DNA from: Verrucomicrobiota bacterium
GTDB lineage: Bacteria > Verrucomicrobiota > Verrucomicrobiia > Opitutales > Seribacteraceae
Length of the DNA: 64,000 nucleotides
Reading direction: 5' to 3'
Assembly: GCA_027622665.1 (NCBI GenBank)
Contig: JAQBYT010000002.1
Span: 256,001-320,000, forward strand
Position 1 is the stretch's first letter, and each line of letters begins with the position of its first letter. Of the stretch, positions 1 through 9,095 are shown in pieces. Under the pieces are notes generated by a model. That model was not told the origin of the DNA and did not search any database. It saw only the letters and a program-made list of their open reading frames with translations. The translations under genes and the position numbers were made by a program.

Positions 1-1365
1 GGTGATTTGCTTCATGACATTCGCCTGATCTTTTGTTTTGACCCATAACTCGGTCCCGCCTTTCTCCGGCTTGACTCGATTCATGCTGACTTTTTTAAAG
101 CAGGCCATCAGGTGATAAAAATCGTCTTGGGTATACCGTTCGAGCGGATGGTTATGACACCGGGCGCATCCGATCCGCATCCCGAGAAAACTTTGGGATA
201 CAGCTTCGGTCAGGGTGGAGTCTTCAAGGCTGGAGAAACTAATCGTGGTCATGAAATAACCAACTTCCGGATTTTCGCGAACATCGCCTTTTGCAGTCAG
301 CACATTTCGGGAAATTCGATCCCAACCGTGACCAGCCTTCAACTGGTTTCGTAGCCATCCATGAAAAGCTTTTACGCCTTTGACTCCTCGGTGATCATGA
401 TCACGTTCACGGCGGTTCTGAAGCAGGTCGGCCAGTTGCAAGGTCCAGTAATCCACCCACTCTGGCCTGTGGACCAAGTGTTCAGCTAGATGAAGCCGAC
501 GATCCGGTCTGGTATCTTTAACGAAAGCGGCGACTTCATCCGGAGAAGGCAATGTTCCGATGGCATCGAGATAAGCCCTTCGGACAAATGCGGTGGCAGA
601 GGCTTCGGGCGACGGAGGGATTCGAAGGGTCTTCAGTTTCTCGAAGATCGGCTTATCGATCGCATTCCAATGATCCGTGTAGGCATCCTCTTGTACCGGG
701 TTGGAATAAGGAATGCTGAAGGTCACGACATCCACTAACGATCCGAAATGTACCCGTATCGAACCTTCACCGTGACGAAGGGCGGTAACCAATCCGGTTT
801 CGCTGACGGCGACCGTACTTTCATGGTTGGAGAAGAATTGAGCCAGCCAAGTTACATCCCGCACCTCTCCATCGGCATAACGCGCCTCGACCATCAGTTG
901 TTGATGCTCATTCAGCTTCATGGTCCGGCCGGTCGGCGAGACGGCGAGACGTTCCAGTACTGGTTCGTCCATAATCGGTCCGGGAGCCCGGACCTTGATC
1001 CAATCCACCAAGGTTTTCCATGCGCGTGAGTCCCGCCGAAAACGAATGCCGCCTTCGTGCTGTAATTCACCGCTGGGTTTCTGAACAAAGGTGCTCTGAT
1101 CCGGAAAAGCATAGTTCACTCGCCGCCCGCTCAACTCACGGGTAATCCAAGCGTGATCCCAGTCAGGAGCATATCCCCGCAAGGAGAGACGGAATCCATT
1201 TTGACCAGAGAGTTTTCCATGGCAGGCGCCGGCGTTGCAGCCGTATCGGGTGAGTATGGGAAGAATGTCGCGCTTAAAGGATGGCGGTGGTTCTTCGGTA
1301 AAGCCTAATATCGGCAAAAAACCGACCATTAGGCCAATCAACGACAATCTGAATAAAACTTCCAT
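1..1365 (-). CDS. DUF1549/DUF1553 (PSD1-type) protein with N-terminal Planctomycete cytochrome-like domain; runs off the left window edge
   Basis: Not in the ORF track because its stop lies outside the window. Manual translation from ATG at 1365 gives MEVLFRLSLIGLMVGFLPILGFTEEPPPSFKRDILPILTRYGCNAGACHGKLSGQNGFRLSLRGYAPDWD. The GCNxGxCHG...GQNGFRLSLRG motif is typical of this PVC family. Confidence 0.8.
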   Translation of the reverse strand, partial: MEVLFRLSLIGLMVGFLPILGFTEEPPPSFKRDILPILTRYGCNAGACHGKLSGQNGFRLSLRGYAPDWDHAWITRELSGRRVNYAFPDQSTFVQKPSGELQHEGGIRFRRDSRAWKTLVDWIKVRAPGPIMDEPVLERLAVSPTGRTMKLNEHQQLMVEARYADGEVRDVTWLAQFFSNHESTVAVSETGLVTALRHGEGSIRVHFGSLVDVVTFSIPYSNPVQEDAYTDHWNAIDKPIFEKLKTLRIPPSPEASATAFVRRAYLDAIGTLPSPDEVAAFVKDTRPDRRLHLAEHLVHRPEWVDYWTLQLADLLQNRRERDHDHRGVKGVKAFHGWLRNQLKAGHGWDRISRNVLTAKGDVRENPEVGYFMTTISFSSLEDSTLTEAVSQSFLGMRIGCARCHNHPLERYTQDDFYHLMACFKKVSMNRVKPEKGGTELWVKTKDQANVMKQIT

Positions 1366-1449
1366 TTGAGCAACTACGCGAAATAAAGGGAAAAAGTGTC
1401 AATTAAAGTTAAATTAATTTTCGCCAAAAACCGCTATTGCGTACGATTT

Positions 1450-2394
1450 CTACCGTCCGGCTTTGACGGCAGCGATCGCTTCTTGTATTAGCTTTTTCAG
1501 ATCGTCTTCGCTTGGCGTTTTCGACGGAACACCGCCCTCAGGGATCATCAGGCCGGCCACCCAGGCCGCACCATTGAGCAGGCAGGTTCGGAAACTGTCG
1601 TTGGCATGGTTCGCATGCAGGTGCATGCCGGTGAAACCGAATCCACGGCCTTTGTCCGGACGTTCATACGCCCAGGCTACGTGCTGCGGTTTTCCTTTCG
1701 AGACGGCCTTATACACATCTGGGTTTCCACCTCGCCCCGACTTTTCTTTTCTCACGGTATTGAGAGGCGCGACGGCGGAGAGGATGGGGGTCAGACCCTT
1801 CATGTCTTTGACGAAACGCATGTGGTAATACCATTCGTCACGGAGGCTGAAGGGTTTCAGTCCGCGCGTCGTCGGGTGGTTGGAGATTGGATTGAACTTC
1901 GGTTTCCACCAAGGATTCACCGACCATCCGATTTCGAAATATCCGCCAATCCAATCAAGGTAGTTGTTGCCGGCAACTCCCGCGTTAACTTCAACCCCGA
2001 AATGCACGGCCATGAAACCGGCGCCGCGTTGGGTCGCTTTGGCAATCTCCGGGTCCTTTCCTGCCCGCTCTCCATGATTTAATCCCACGACGATCGCATC
2101 GGCCTGCGAAAAGTCCTTCGGCCAGTTTTTCGACGAGTGCACCACTGCATGCACATTCGGGTAAGCTTCGTGAAGTGCTCGCGCCATCAGGATAAACCCC
2201 CCGACAAACTCATGATTCCCCCGCCCGCCATGAGTTCCGCCATCTCCAATGAAGACCAGCTTGGTTATAGTATCCGGCGCGGATCGCTGGCCCTCGTAAT
2301 CGAAGATGTCGCGCTCGACGGCCGATACAGTTGTTCCGACCCATACAAACATGGAGAAAACGAAAAATAGAATGGTGGGTTGTGTATGTTTCAT
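1450..2394 (-). CDS. ThuA-like (class I glutamine amidotransferase-like) secreted protein
   Basis: Start trimmed to MKHTQPTILFFVFSMFVWVG (signal peptide). Motifs GNHEF, DEWYYHMRF and WAYERPDKGRGFGFTGMH. Confidence 0.8.
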   Translation of the reverse strand: MKHTQPTILFFVFSMFVWVGTTVSAVERDIFDYEGQRSAPDTITKLVFIGDGGTHGGRGNHEFVGGFILMARALHEAYPNVHAVVHSSKNWPKDFSQADAIVVGLNHGERAGKDPEIAKATQRGAGFMAVHFGVEVNAGVAGNNYLDWIGGYFEIGWSVNPWWKPKFNPISNHPTTRGLKPFSLRDEWYYHMRFVKDMKGLTPILSAVAPLNTVRKEKSGRGGNPDVYKAVSKGKPQHVAWAYERPDKGRGFGFTGMHLHANHANDSFRTCLLNGAAWVAGLMIPEGGVPSKTPSEDDLKKLIQEAIAAVKAGR

Positions 2395-2420
2395 GAGTTC
2401 CTTACTTAATTTTCGCAAGC

Positions 2421-3125
2421 CTACTTCAATGTTTTTATTCGAAGGTTCTTGAATTGCACTTTCATGGGGGGGCCCGCGTGCAATTGAAGTGCGAGAAGCC
2501 CCTTCATGACCCGTTTGGATTCTTGATTGTCCGTGACGTCGATCGTCACATGATCGTTGATTTTCTGAATCAGATGGTTCCCTTGAGCGATGATTGTGTA
2601 ATCGTTCCATTCACCCTTTTTGATGGATTTAAGAATGGTTTTTTCGTCCGTGGTTTTCCCCGCGCCGTTTTTCTTCCCGGATTCGTCGATGATGACTTTA
2701 TTACCCCTTTTGGCCAGAACGCCACGGCCCCGTTCCTCATACAAGGTTCCAGTCCAGCCATTGCCCGCATCAAAGTCAGCCTGATAACCGCCGATCACCC
2801 AATTCTTATAGTCTTTGCTGCGGTACTGAATCCCGGAATTCCCGGCATTACCAATCCGGAATTCCAACCGTAATTCAAAATCAACCAACTCGCCACCCCG
2901 CCAGATACAAAATGTGTTTCCTTTGGCAGGGTTTTCCTTGGTGGATTCACCTGTGATAGCGCCATCCTTCACACTCCAGTGGGCTGGATTGCCATCCCAT
3001 GTCTTGAGCGTTTTTCCGTCAAAAATATCCACGAAGCCTTCTTCGGCTTCAGCGAGAAAGACATTGGCCATGAGCAGAAAAAGACCAGTGAGAACAATAG
3101 ATCGGGCAGTACAATGAGTGTTCAT
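2421..3125 (-). CDS. DUF1080 / 3-keto-disaccharide hydrolase-like protein
   Basis: Signal peptide, then FDGKTLKTWDG, GNSGIQYRS, GYQAD, WNDYTI and LALQLHAGPPMKVQFKNLRIK. Confidence 0.9.
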   Translation of the reverse strand: MNTHCTARSIVLTGLFLLMANVFLAEAEEGFVDIFDGKTLKTWDGNPAHWSVKDGAITGESTKENPAKGNTFCIWRGGELVDFELRLEFRIGNAGNSGIQYRSKDYKNWVIGGYQADFDAGNGWTGTLYEERGRGVLAKRGNKVIIDESGKKNGAGKTTDEKTILKSIKKGEWNDYTIIAQGNHLIQKINDHVTIDVTDNQESKRVMKGLLALQLHAGPPMKVQFKNLRIKTLK

Positions 3126-3287
3126 AATAATTGTCTTCAAATAATTTTAATTTTGATAGATTGGAACGTTCCTGCTTCATATAAGCAAGCGGTTAGGGTG
3201 ACATTCACAATTTTAATCTTGAGGGTTACCCAATCGAAATGGATGTTATTTTGAAACGGACTGCAATCAACCCATAAGGAGTTTCCC

Positions 3288-5606
3288 ATGCGATATGTTC
3301 TCATCCTGACCGCGGCTTTCATGGTCGCCTGCTCAAATCCACTATCGATGGCCGACGACAAGACATCCGATGGTCCGGACCATTGGATTCGACATCTTCA
3401 TGAATTCGGGCCCTCGGATCGTCCCGAAGAAGCTCGGCAAACCTGGCAGAAAGCCCAGGATGCGTTTAAGGGTCGTGCCGGTGTGCTCGTCGTGCCGGCC
3501 CATGTGTGGCCCATGCTGAAGCCTGACTCGCTTCAATCGCTGACTAGGATTCCCGATCCTCCCGCTGAGACGAAGCAGTGGAAGCAAGGCCATGGACTTA
3601 GCGTACTCACGGCCGACCGGGAACGCCCTGTGCTTCATGTCCCTCCCTTGTCTGGCCTGAAGCTTGAACGTGAATTGCGGCTTAATGACGGCGACAGTCT
3701 TCCTCATTGGGGCACCCATCCGATGCTGCTGCTGGAAAGCCGGTTGATTTATGGTTCGATCAGTTACCTCGATTGGCTTCAGGCACCTACGGAAAAGGGA
3801 ACTGATCGACGTTTTTACGTTCCCACCGTTCGTGGGCTCGTCCCCGGCCAATTCCTTAACGTCCATGGCGGACCTGGATATGGCGGTGGGGTGACCCGTG
3901 CTGTGGTTAAGTCGCTCGGATACGATGCGAAGAAAAAGCTATTTTACTTTGTCGCAGATACAAGCCTCGATCATATCGCCGGCGGCATCGCTCAGAACAA
4001 AAGCAACACCGGCCTGATCCATATGACGCAAACCAGCCATGCGGACAACCAGACGTATGATGTGAAAGTAATCCGGAATCAATACGCGCACGGCGATACC
4101 TACATCTATTACTGCGACTTTAACTACATGAGCAATATTCACTCCGCGGCGGGCGATGAAAACGGAAACTGTTACGGGGCTTTCATCCGTTCCAAAGACA
4201 ACAACTTTCGAGGAACTGTGGAAGCCATCCATACCGAGAAATCGAAACTGACCTTTGCCCACGGTGCTTCCAACATCACGACGCTGGGGAATTCCCGTCC
4301 TCTGATTAACCTTAATCCCGAAAAGCACATCACCCAAGGGAAGGTGCTGATCGTAACCGGGCGCTCCGAATTCGATCTCCCTGACGCCGAGATGTCCGTC
4401 TTCGAAGACAAGGATTATTCCACCGGTTTGATCAAAAACCCGATCCACGGAGCAACCGAACGAAAATTCGGAGGTTTGATCCGGGGTAATCAAGATTGCC
4501 CATGGACAGAGGATGTTCTTGGACGTTACTTCACCGTCAACGAAAAGTCGGAAAAGACCCCGAAGGGGAATCATCGATGGTACCTCATCACGAAATTCAA
4601 AGCGAATGAGGACGGAACCAAAGAGATCGAGATCGAACGGTTCTGGTGGGGTGCGAAAAGCGCGGGAAGCCCCACCTTGTATCGGTTGGAAAACTATACA
4701 CGGGACGGACATGTTCAACCGTTGAGCTACATCATCGCTCCCGGTGCTTATGTGAATGACGTGTCGCGGGCGGTCTCTGGAGGCAATCGAGGCGGTCAGC
4801 GGTTGCTTGGACTGGCTCCGTCTCCGGATAAGAATAAACCGACGGGCTTCGCACCCGGCGATCGGATCGAACAGGCTATCGGGCCGGATCCCTTTAAGCC
4901 TCAAGCAATGCGGGTGTGGATGTGGGAGGACGTACCGGGGCAGTTCCCCTCGGCGGTTTTCGATGTCGCCAATTACGGTGCGGTTTCCCGCTATTCCGTG
5001 TTGTCGGTAGCTGGCGGTCCCGCGAACCTTGATGAACTGTCCAAACGCCACGAACCTAAGCCGGCTTGGGACAACATTATCGTCTTGAACAGCGCCGCGA
5101 CCATCGGCCTCAACTTAAAAGCCGACTTCGCCAAGGCGGCGATCCTGTTCCAGCAACCGAATCGCGAGCAACCCATCAAGTGGCACTATGGGCAGGCGAT
5201 GAACAAAGATGTAAAGTCTAATAAGACCGGCATAACCCGTGCCGTATCCGCTCCCGCCACCTCCCCGAAGGTGGCGTCATTGACCGTCAATCGAACAACC
5301 GGCGTCTTCCAGTTCGACGGTGGAGGTGTTCAGGCCGGCGGCTCGATCTCGAAGGTGTCCGGGTTGTCGGGCGAAGCCACGCCTTCTCGCAACCTACGCG
5401 GGAAGAATGTTTTCGTCCAGACTGGCGAATCTTCAAAACGCATTGAATTTCCACAACCGGAAGCCAATAACGACTACGCGGTTTTTATCGAACAATCCTG
5501 GCTGTCGAACCGAGCCGTCAGCGAAAAAACACCTGAAGGCTTCACGGTTACCTTTGCCGCCAAGGCGCCTGAAAAGGCCATGTTGGATTGGATGTTGGTT
5601 CGCTGA
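3288..5606 (+). CDS. Large secreted hypothetical protein (possible lipoprotein) with tailspike/tail-fibre-like termini
   Basis: 772-aa ORF with an AAGGAG Shine-Dalgarno upstream and a hydrophobic leader ending MVAC. The C-terminal IEFPQPEANNDYAVFIEQSW...TPEGFTVTF...LDWMLVR resembles H-type-lectin/tail-fibre C-terminal modules. Confidence 0.75.
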   Translation: MRYVLILTAAFMVACSNPLSMADDKTSDGPDHWIRHLHEFGPSDRPEEARQTWQKAQDAFKGRAGVLVVPAHVWPMLKPDSLQSLTRIPDPPAETKQWKQGHGLSVLTADRERPVLHVPPLSGLKLERELRLNDGDSLPHWGTHPMLLLESRLIYGSISYLDWLQAPTEKGTDRRFYVPTVRGLVPGQFLNVHGGPGYGGGVTRAVVKSLGYDAKKKLFYFVADTSLDHIAGGIAQNKSNTGLIHMTQTSHADNQTYDVKVIRNQYAHGDTYIYYCDFNYMSNIHSAAGDENGNCYGAFIRSKDNNFRGTVEAIHTEKSKLTFAHGASNITTLGNSRPLINLNPEKHITQGKVLIVTGRSEFDLPDAEMSVFEDKDYSTGLIKNPIHGATERKFGGLIRGNQDCPWTEDVLGRYFTVNEKSEKTPKGNHRWYLITKFKANEDGTKEIEIERFWWGAKSAGSPTLYRLENYTRDGHVQPLSYIIAPGAYVNDVSRAVSGGNRGGQRLLGLAPSPDKNKPTGFAPGDRIEQAIGPDPFKPQAMRVWMWEDVPGQFPSAVFDVANYGAVSRYSVLSVAGGPANLDELSKRHEPKPAWDNIIVLNSAATIGLNLKADFAKAAILFQQPNREQPIKWHYGQAMNKDVKSNKTGITRAVSAPATSPKVASLTVNRTTGVFQFDGGGVQAGGSISKVSGLSGEATPSRNLRGKNVFVQTGESSKRIEFPQPEANNDYAVFIEQSWLSNRAVSEKTPEGFTVTFAAKAPEKAMLDWMLVR

Positions 5607-6039
5607 GTTTATCAGGTCCATTTTGCGAGGCCAGGCTATTGCAACTTGGGTTTGAATAGAGTGAAAAACGGATATCAATAACATCAAATTTCCCTTTTAT
5701 TTGCAGTGTTGATGCTTCGACTAGAAAACATACCGAATCCTTATGTTCTCCAGTTGCGAGGGGCACTCTGAGCGACCGGCCGTAATGATTATTTAGATTC
5801 TGAATTCCTCGCTTATGGCTCGTTCGAGCCTGGAAGATCACATCTAGGTATTCAGTTCAATTTTACGAGTTAGGTTTATGAATAAGATTTGACGACAACT
5901 TTATGTGCAAATGCGTGGCCCTCCCTATGCGGCAATTACCGTAGTATTGGCAGGCTGGACACAATCATTTCAGTCCGCCATGCCAACCCCATGAACTCGC
6001 ATCAGAAACCTATTCGATCTCGAAGTACTTTATATTCTG

Positions 6040-6165
6040 CTATCCTCAGGTCGTTGGCCAAAAGAAGTACGACATTGTGGGCACGTAGACTGGCCCGGGG
6101 GGCAACTTACAGCCCTGCAGGAAGGTTGAGCAGATAAGGAACTTCGTTTTCCGAATGCAGTTCAT
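6040..6165 (-). pseudogene. Possible decayed sulfatase N-terminus
   Basis: The minus strand reads ...HNVVLLLANDLR..., like the PNVVLLLADDLG start of sulfatases, out of frame with an upstream ATG leader. Boundaries approximate. Confidence 0.3.
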
Positions 6166-6213
6166 AAATCTGATGGATGTTTGTAAGTAAATGGATGGAG
6201 AGTTTTTTCAGTG

Positions 6214-8109
6214 CTACTCGAGCGTCCAGCGGAGGTTGCGAAACTCCGGAGGTTTTCCTTTCCACGCTGCGCCTATGAGCTTTGGCTTGGCCTTGGATCC
6301 TCTTGGTGGTCGGATCCTCTCGGTGTCGTTCAGTCGGAATTCCTTGATTCCCTTCCAGTTTGCCAGCGGTTTGCCCTCGGCGTCCTTGAAGTCGGTTGGA
6401 GAAAGTTTCACCGCTTGCCATTTGCCATTTTCCTGTAGTCGAACCTCGTTGGCATGGCCATCGACTCCCACGATCAAGGTGTTCGCTTGCGCAGCGCGGA
6501 CTTCCAAGGAAATTTTCGCGCCCGTTGGCGCCGCCCACTGCGTATCATAGACCTTGTGCGTCTTGATGCCCCACTTTTCCGGCTTGTAGCTGAACCATTC
6601 CTTTCGCCAGTCACCTTGGAAATCCTCGATCAGCGGACTTGGCTTGAGCGAGGCAAACGATCCGGCTGCCTGCAGTTTTTCAGCGGATGCGACCTGCATG
6701 ATGGAGGACAGGTTGAATGATTTTGCCGTGTACGAACCATAATAGTAACCGGCTCCCGAGATGGGTTTATCCAACTTGTACCGAACGTTCGCGTAGGCCC
6801 AAAGTGGTTTGTCCGTCGAAAAAAGAGGCAACTCGGCCACCCGTTTCCCTTTGTGCATCGTAACCGAAGCATGGCGCCAAAAGCGGCTTTTCGTGTTCAC
6901 CGTGTCGTCTTTTTGCCCATTCACCTGGCCGTGCTGGGTGTAGAATACGTCGATGAATGAAATCACCTTCGAGTCATCTGCCGAGATGGTCACTATGGGG
7001 GATTTCCCTTTGGGCAGACCGAGGTTTAACACCGGAGTGGCGGGTACCTCGAAAGTTCCCTTGAGGTGTTGATCGAACCACAATTGCGTGGCCACCTCGT
7101 AAGGCGGACTGTCCTGGTGGTTGTGGTGGGGCGAGCAGGTGACCCTCCAGTCCTTTGCTTTGATTTCCTTGGTCGCAGTCTCCAAATCGTTGATTCGCCC
7201 ATGGAAGTCGTTGGAAGGGCTCAAGAAAATGATCGGGCAGGTGATTTTCTTGAGGTTCGGGGGGTCGCTTACCGTTCCCAAATGAAGTGGGTTCTTGGTG
7301 TAGCGATCGCTGATTCCACCACAGGACGGAGCTGCCGCCTTGACCCGCTTGTCCGAACCTGCCGTCAGCACGGTTAGCTTCCCCCCCATGGAATGTCCGT
7401 AGACTCCGAGTCGGGGACCATCGATTTCCGGTTGGCGCTCGAGAAAGGTAAGCCCGCGACGAGCCCCAAGGGTGGCGAGAAACCATGAATTGTTTCGGGG
7501 CGATTCAACGGGATCCAGCGTCCAGTCCGCAACTGGAATAGAAGGGAAAGCATCTTTTCCATTTCGACTTGGTGCATGGTACGCATCCAATGCTCCCCAG
7601 TCGGTCGTCAACTTGTATTTGGGATCATCGGTCTTGCCCTCCCAGAACAGCTTCACCTCATTGGGTGTGACCCTGTAGTTTGGAGCCGAAATGCGACCCG
7701 CCCAGGAAATGGATAGCGAGGCGTACCCACGTTTTGCATTGGTCCGCGGGGCGTTTTGGTCGGCGTACTGTCCGCCACCATGGATCTGGAGGAGTCCCGG
7801 CAAGTTCTTCCCTCCCTTCGGGTGACCGTAAACGGCAGCCATCATCGCCTTCTTGCCCTTGAACACCCCAATGCGGTATCGCAGCACTTTCAGGACGACG
7901 CCATCCTCTTCCCATTCCTTGAGGATCTCCACCTCCATAGGTTCGGCTCGAGGATCAAAGCCCACCCACATTTCCGATTCGGTCTTCGGGGCGACCTTAC
8001 CATTCAAAGGAGGCAAGGTATCCGTGAGTGGAGTTTTCCTTTCTGCATAAAGGCAAGTCGACGAGGAGAGAAAGGTGTAGACAAACAGGACATGTAAAAA
8101 ACTGTTCAT
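6214..8109 (-). CDS. Secreted alpha/beta hydrolase (acetyl xylan esterase / dienelactone hydrolase-like) with C-terminal carbohydrate-binding-like domain
   Basis: Signal peptide, LQIHGGGQ, nucleophile elbow GHSMGG, NDFHG and HHNH; beta-rich C-terminal part. Confidence 0.8.
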   Translation of the reverse strand: MNSFLHVLFVYTFLSSSTCLYAERKTPLTDTLPPLNGKVAPKTESEMWVGFDPRAEPMEVEILKEWEEDGVVLKVLRYRIGVFKGKKAMMAAVYGHPKGGKNLPGLLQIHGGGQYADQNAPRTNAKRGYASLSISWAGRISAPNYRVTPNEVKLFWEGKTDDPKYKLTTDWGALDAYHAPSRNGKDAFPSIPVADWTLDPVESPRNNSWFLATLGARRGLTFLERQPEIDGPRLGVYGHSMGGKLTVLTAGSDKRVKAAAPSCGGISDRYTKNPLHLGTVSDPPNLKKITCPIIFLSPSNDFHGRINDLETATKEIKAKDWRVTCSPHHNHQDSPPYEVATQLWFDQHLKGTFEVPATPVLNLGLPKGKSPIVTISADDSKVISFIDVFYTQHGQVNGQKDDTVNTKSRFWRHASVTMHKGKRVAELPLFSTDKPLWAYANVRYKLDKPISGAGYYYGSYTAKSFNLSSIMQVASAEKLQAAGSFASLKPSPLIEDFQGDWRKEWFSYKPEKWGIKTHKVYDTQWAAPTGAKISLEVRAAQANTLIVGVDGHANEVRLQENGKWQAVKLSPTDFKDAEGKPLANWKGIKEFRLNDTERIRPPRGSKAKPKLIGAAWKGKPPEFRNLRWTLE

Positions 8110-8286
8110 TGATTTCTGCTGTCACGTATTTGATCGTTCATGGCAACGGTTTGATTTATCTTTAAGATTTTAAAATAGGATTCGTGTCGTTGTTCAATTT
8201 TCGAAAATCCAGACGACTAAAATATCGTAAAGCGCAGGGTATCCCTCTAAATCTTCAATTTTATCAACATCCCAGCCTATTGCCTG

Positions 8287-9084
8287 ATGACTGTTCTCCG
8301 TTTTAAACGATTCGTCTTCCTCATCCTTTTTTTTAGTTCTACTTGGTTGGGAGCCGTCGAGAAGCGTCTGCCCATGAAGGGTGAGACTTTCGCCATACAA
8401 GATCGCACCGCGTTCCTTATTTTCCCGGAGAAACCCAAGGCGGGACAACCGATTCCATGGGTCTGGTATGCCCCCACGCTGCGCGGGTTGCCGGGTGGGG
8501 CGGAGAAGTGGATGTTCGAGCGCTTCCTCAAGGCGGGGATCGCCATCGCCGGGGTGGACGTGGGCGAATCCTACGGCAGTCCGAAGGGTAGGGCGGTCTA
8601 CTCCGCCCTGCACGAGCATCTGGTGAAGAAGCGGGGCCTCGCCAAGCAGGCCTGCCTCTTAGCCCGCAGTCGCGGTGGGCTCATGCTCTATTGCTGGGCA
8701 GTGGAAAACCCCGACAAGGTACGTTGCATCACCGGCATCTATCCGGTCTGCAACATCGCCAGTTACCCCGGCCTCAACCGGGCTTGCGGAGCCTATGGAT
8801 TGACTGTTGAGCAGTTCGAGGCCGATTTGGCCAAGCACAACCCCATCGACCGGCTGGCTCCCTTGGCCAAGGCGAAGGTCCCCATCTTTCACATTCATGG
8901 CGACAAGGACGGTACAGTGCCCTTGGACAAAAATTCCGCCCTCGTCAAGGAACGCTACGACAAACTGGGCGGCCTCATGACCTTGGAGGTCGTCCCGGGC
9001 CAAGGCCACAACATGTGGCCCGGCTGGTTCCAGAGCCAGAATCTGGTTGATTTCTTGATCGGTCACGCGACTCAGGCAAACTAG
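8287..9084 (+). CDS. Secreted alpha/beta hydrolase (prolyl oligopeptidase C-terminal-like)
   Basis: Signal peptide; triad pattern ARSRGG, HGDKDGTVP and GQGHN. Confidence 0.8.
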   Translation: MTVLRFKRFVFLILFFSSTWLGAVEKRLPMKGETFAIQDRTAFLIFPEKPKAGQPIPWVWYAPTLRGLPGGAEKWMFERFLKAGIAIAGVDVGESYGSPKGRAVYSALHEHLVKKRGLAKQACLLARSRGGLMLYCWAVENPDKVRCITGIYPVCNIASYPGLNRACGAYGLTVEQFEADLAKHNPIDRLAPLAKAKVPIFHIHGDKDGTVPLDKNSALVKERYDKLGGLMTLEVVPGQGHNMWPGWFQSQNLVDFLIGHATQAN

Positions 9085-9095
9085 GCTGAAGAACA

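Noticed and set aside
112..1112. Short ORFs listed at the window start
   Set aside because: They are shadows of the minus-strand DUF1549/1553 gene (1-1365), which the ORF track missed.
2395..2610. 72-aa N-terminal extension of the ThuA ORF
   Set aside because: It overlaps the DUF1080 gene in another frame; the signal peptide begins at ATG 2394.
3939..5051. 370-aa antisense ORF, and similar ones at 9267-10424, 27321-28355 and 38717-39691
   Set aside because: They lie opposite well-supported genes, carry no motifs, and are expected from GC-rich codon bias.
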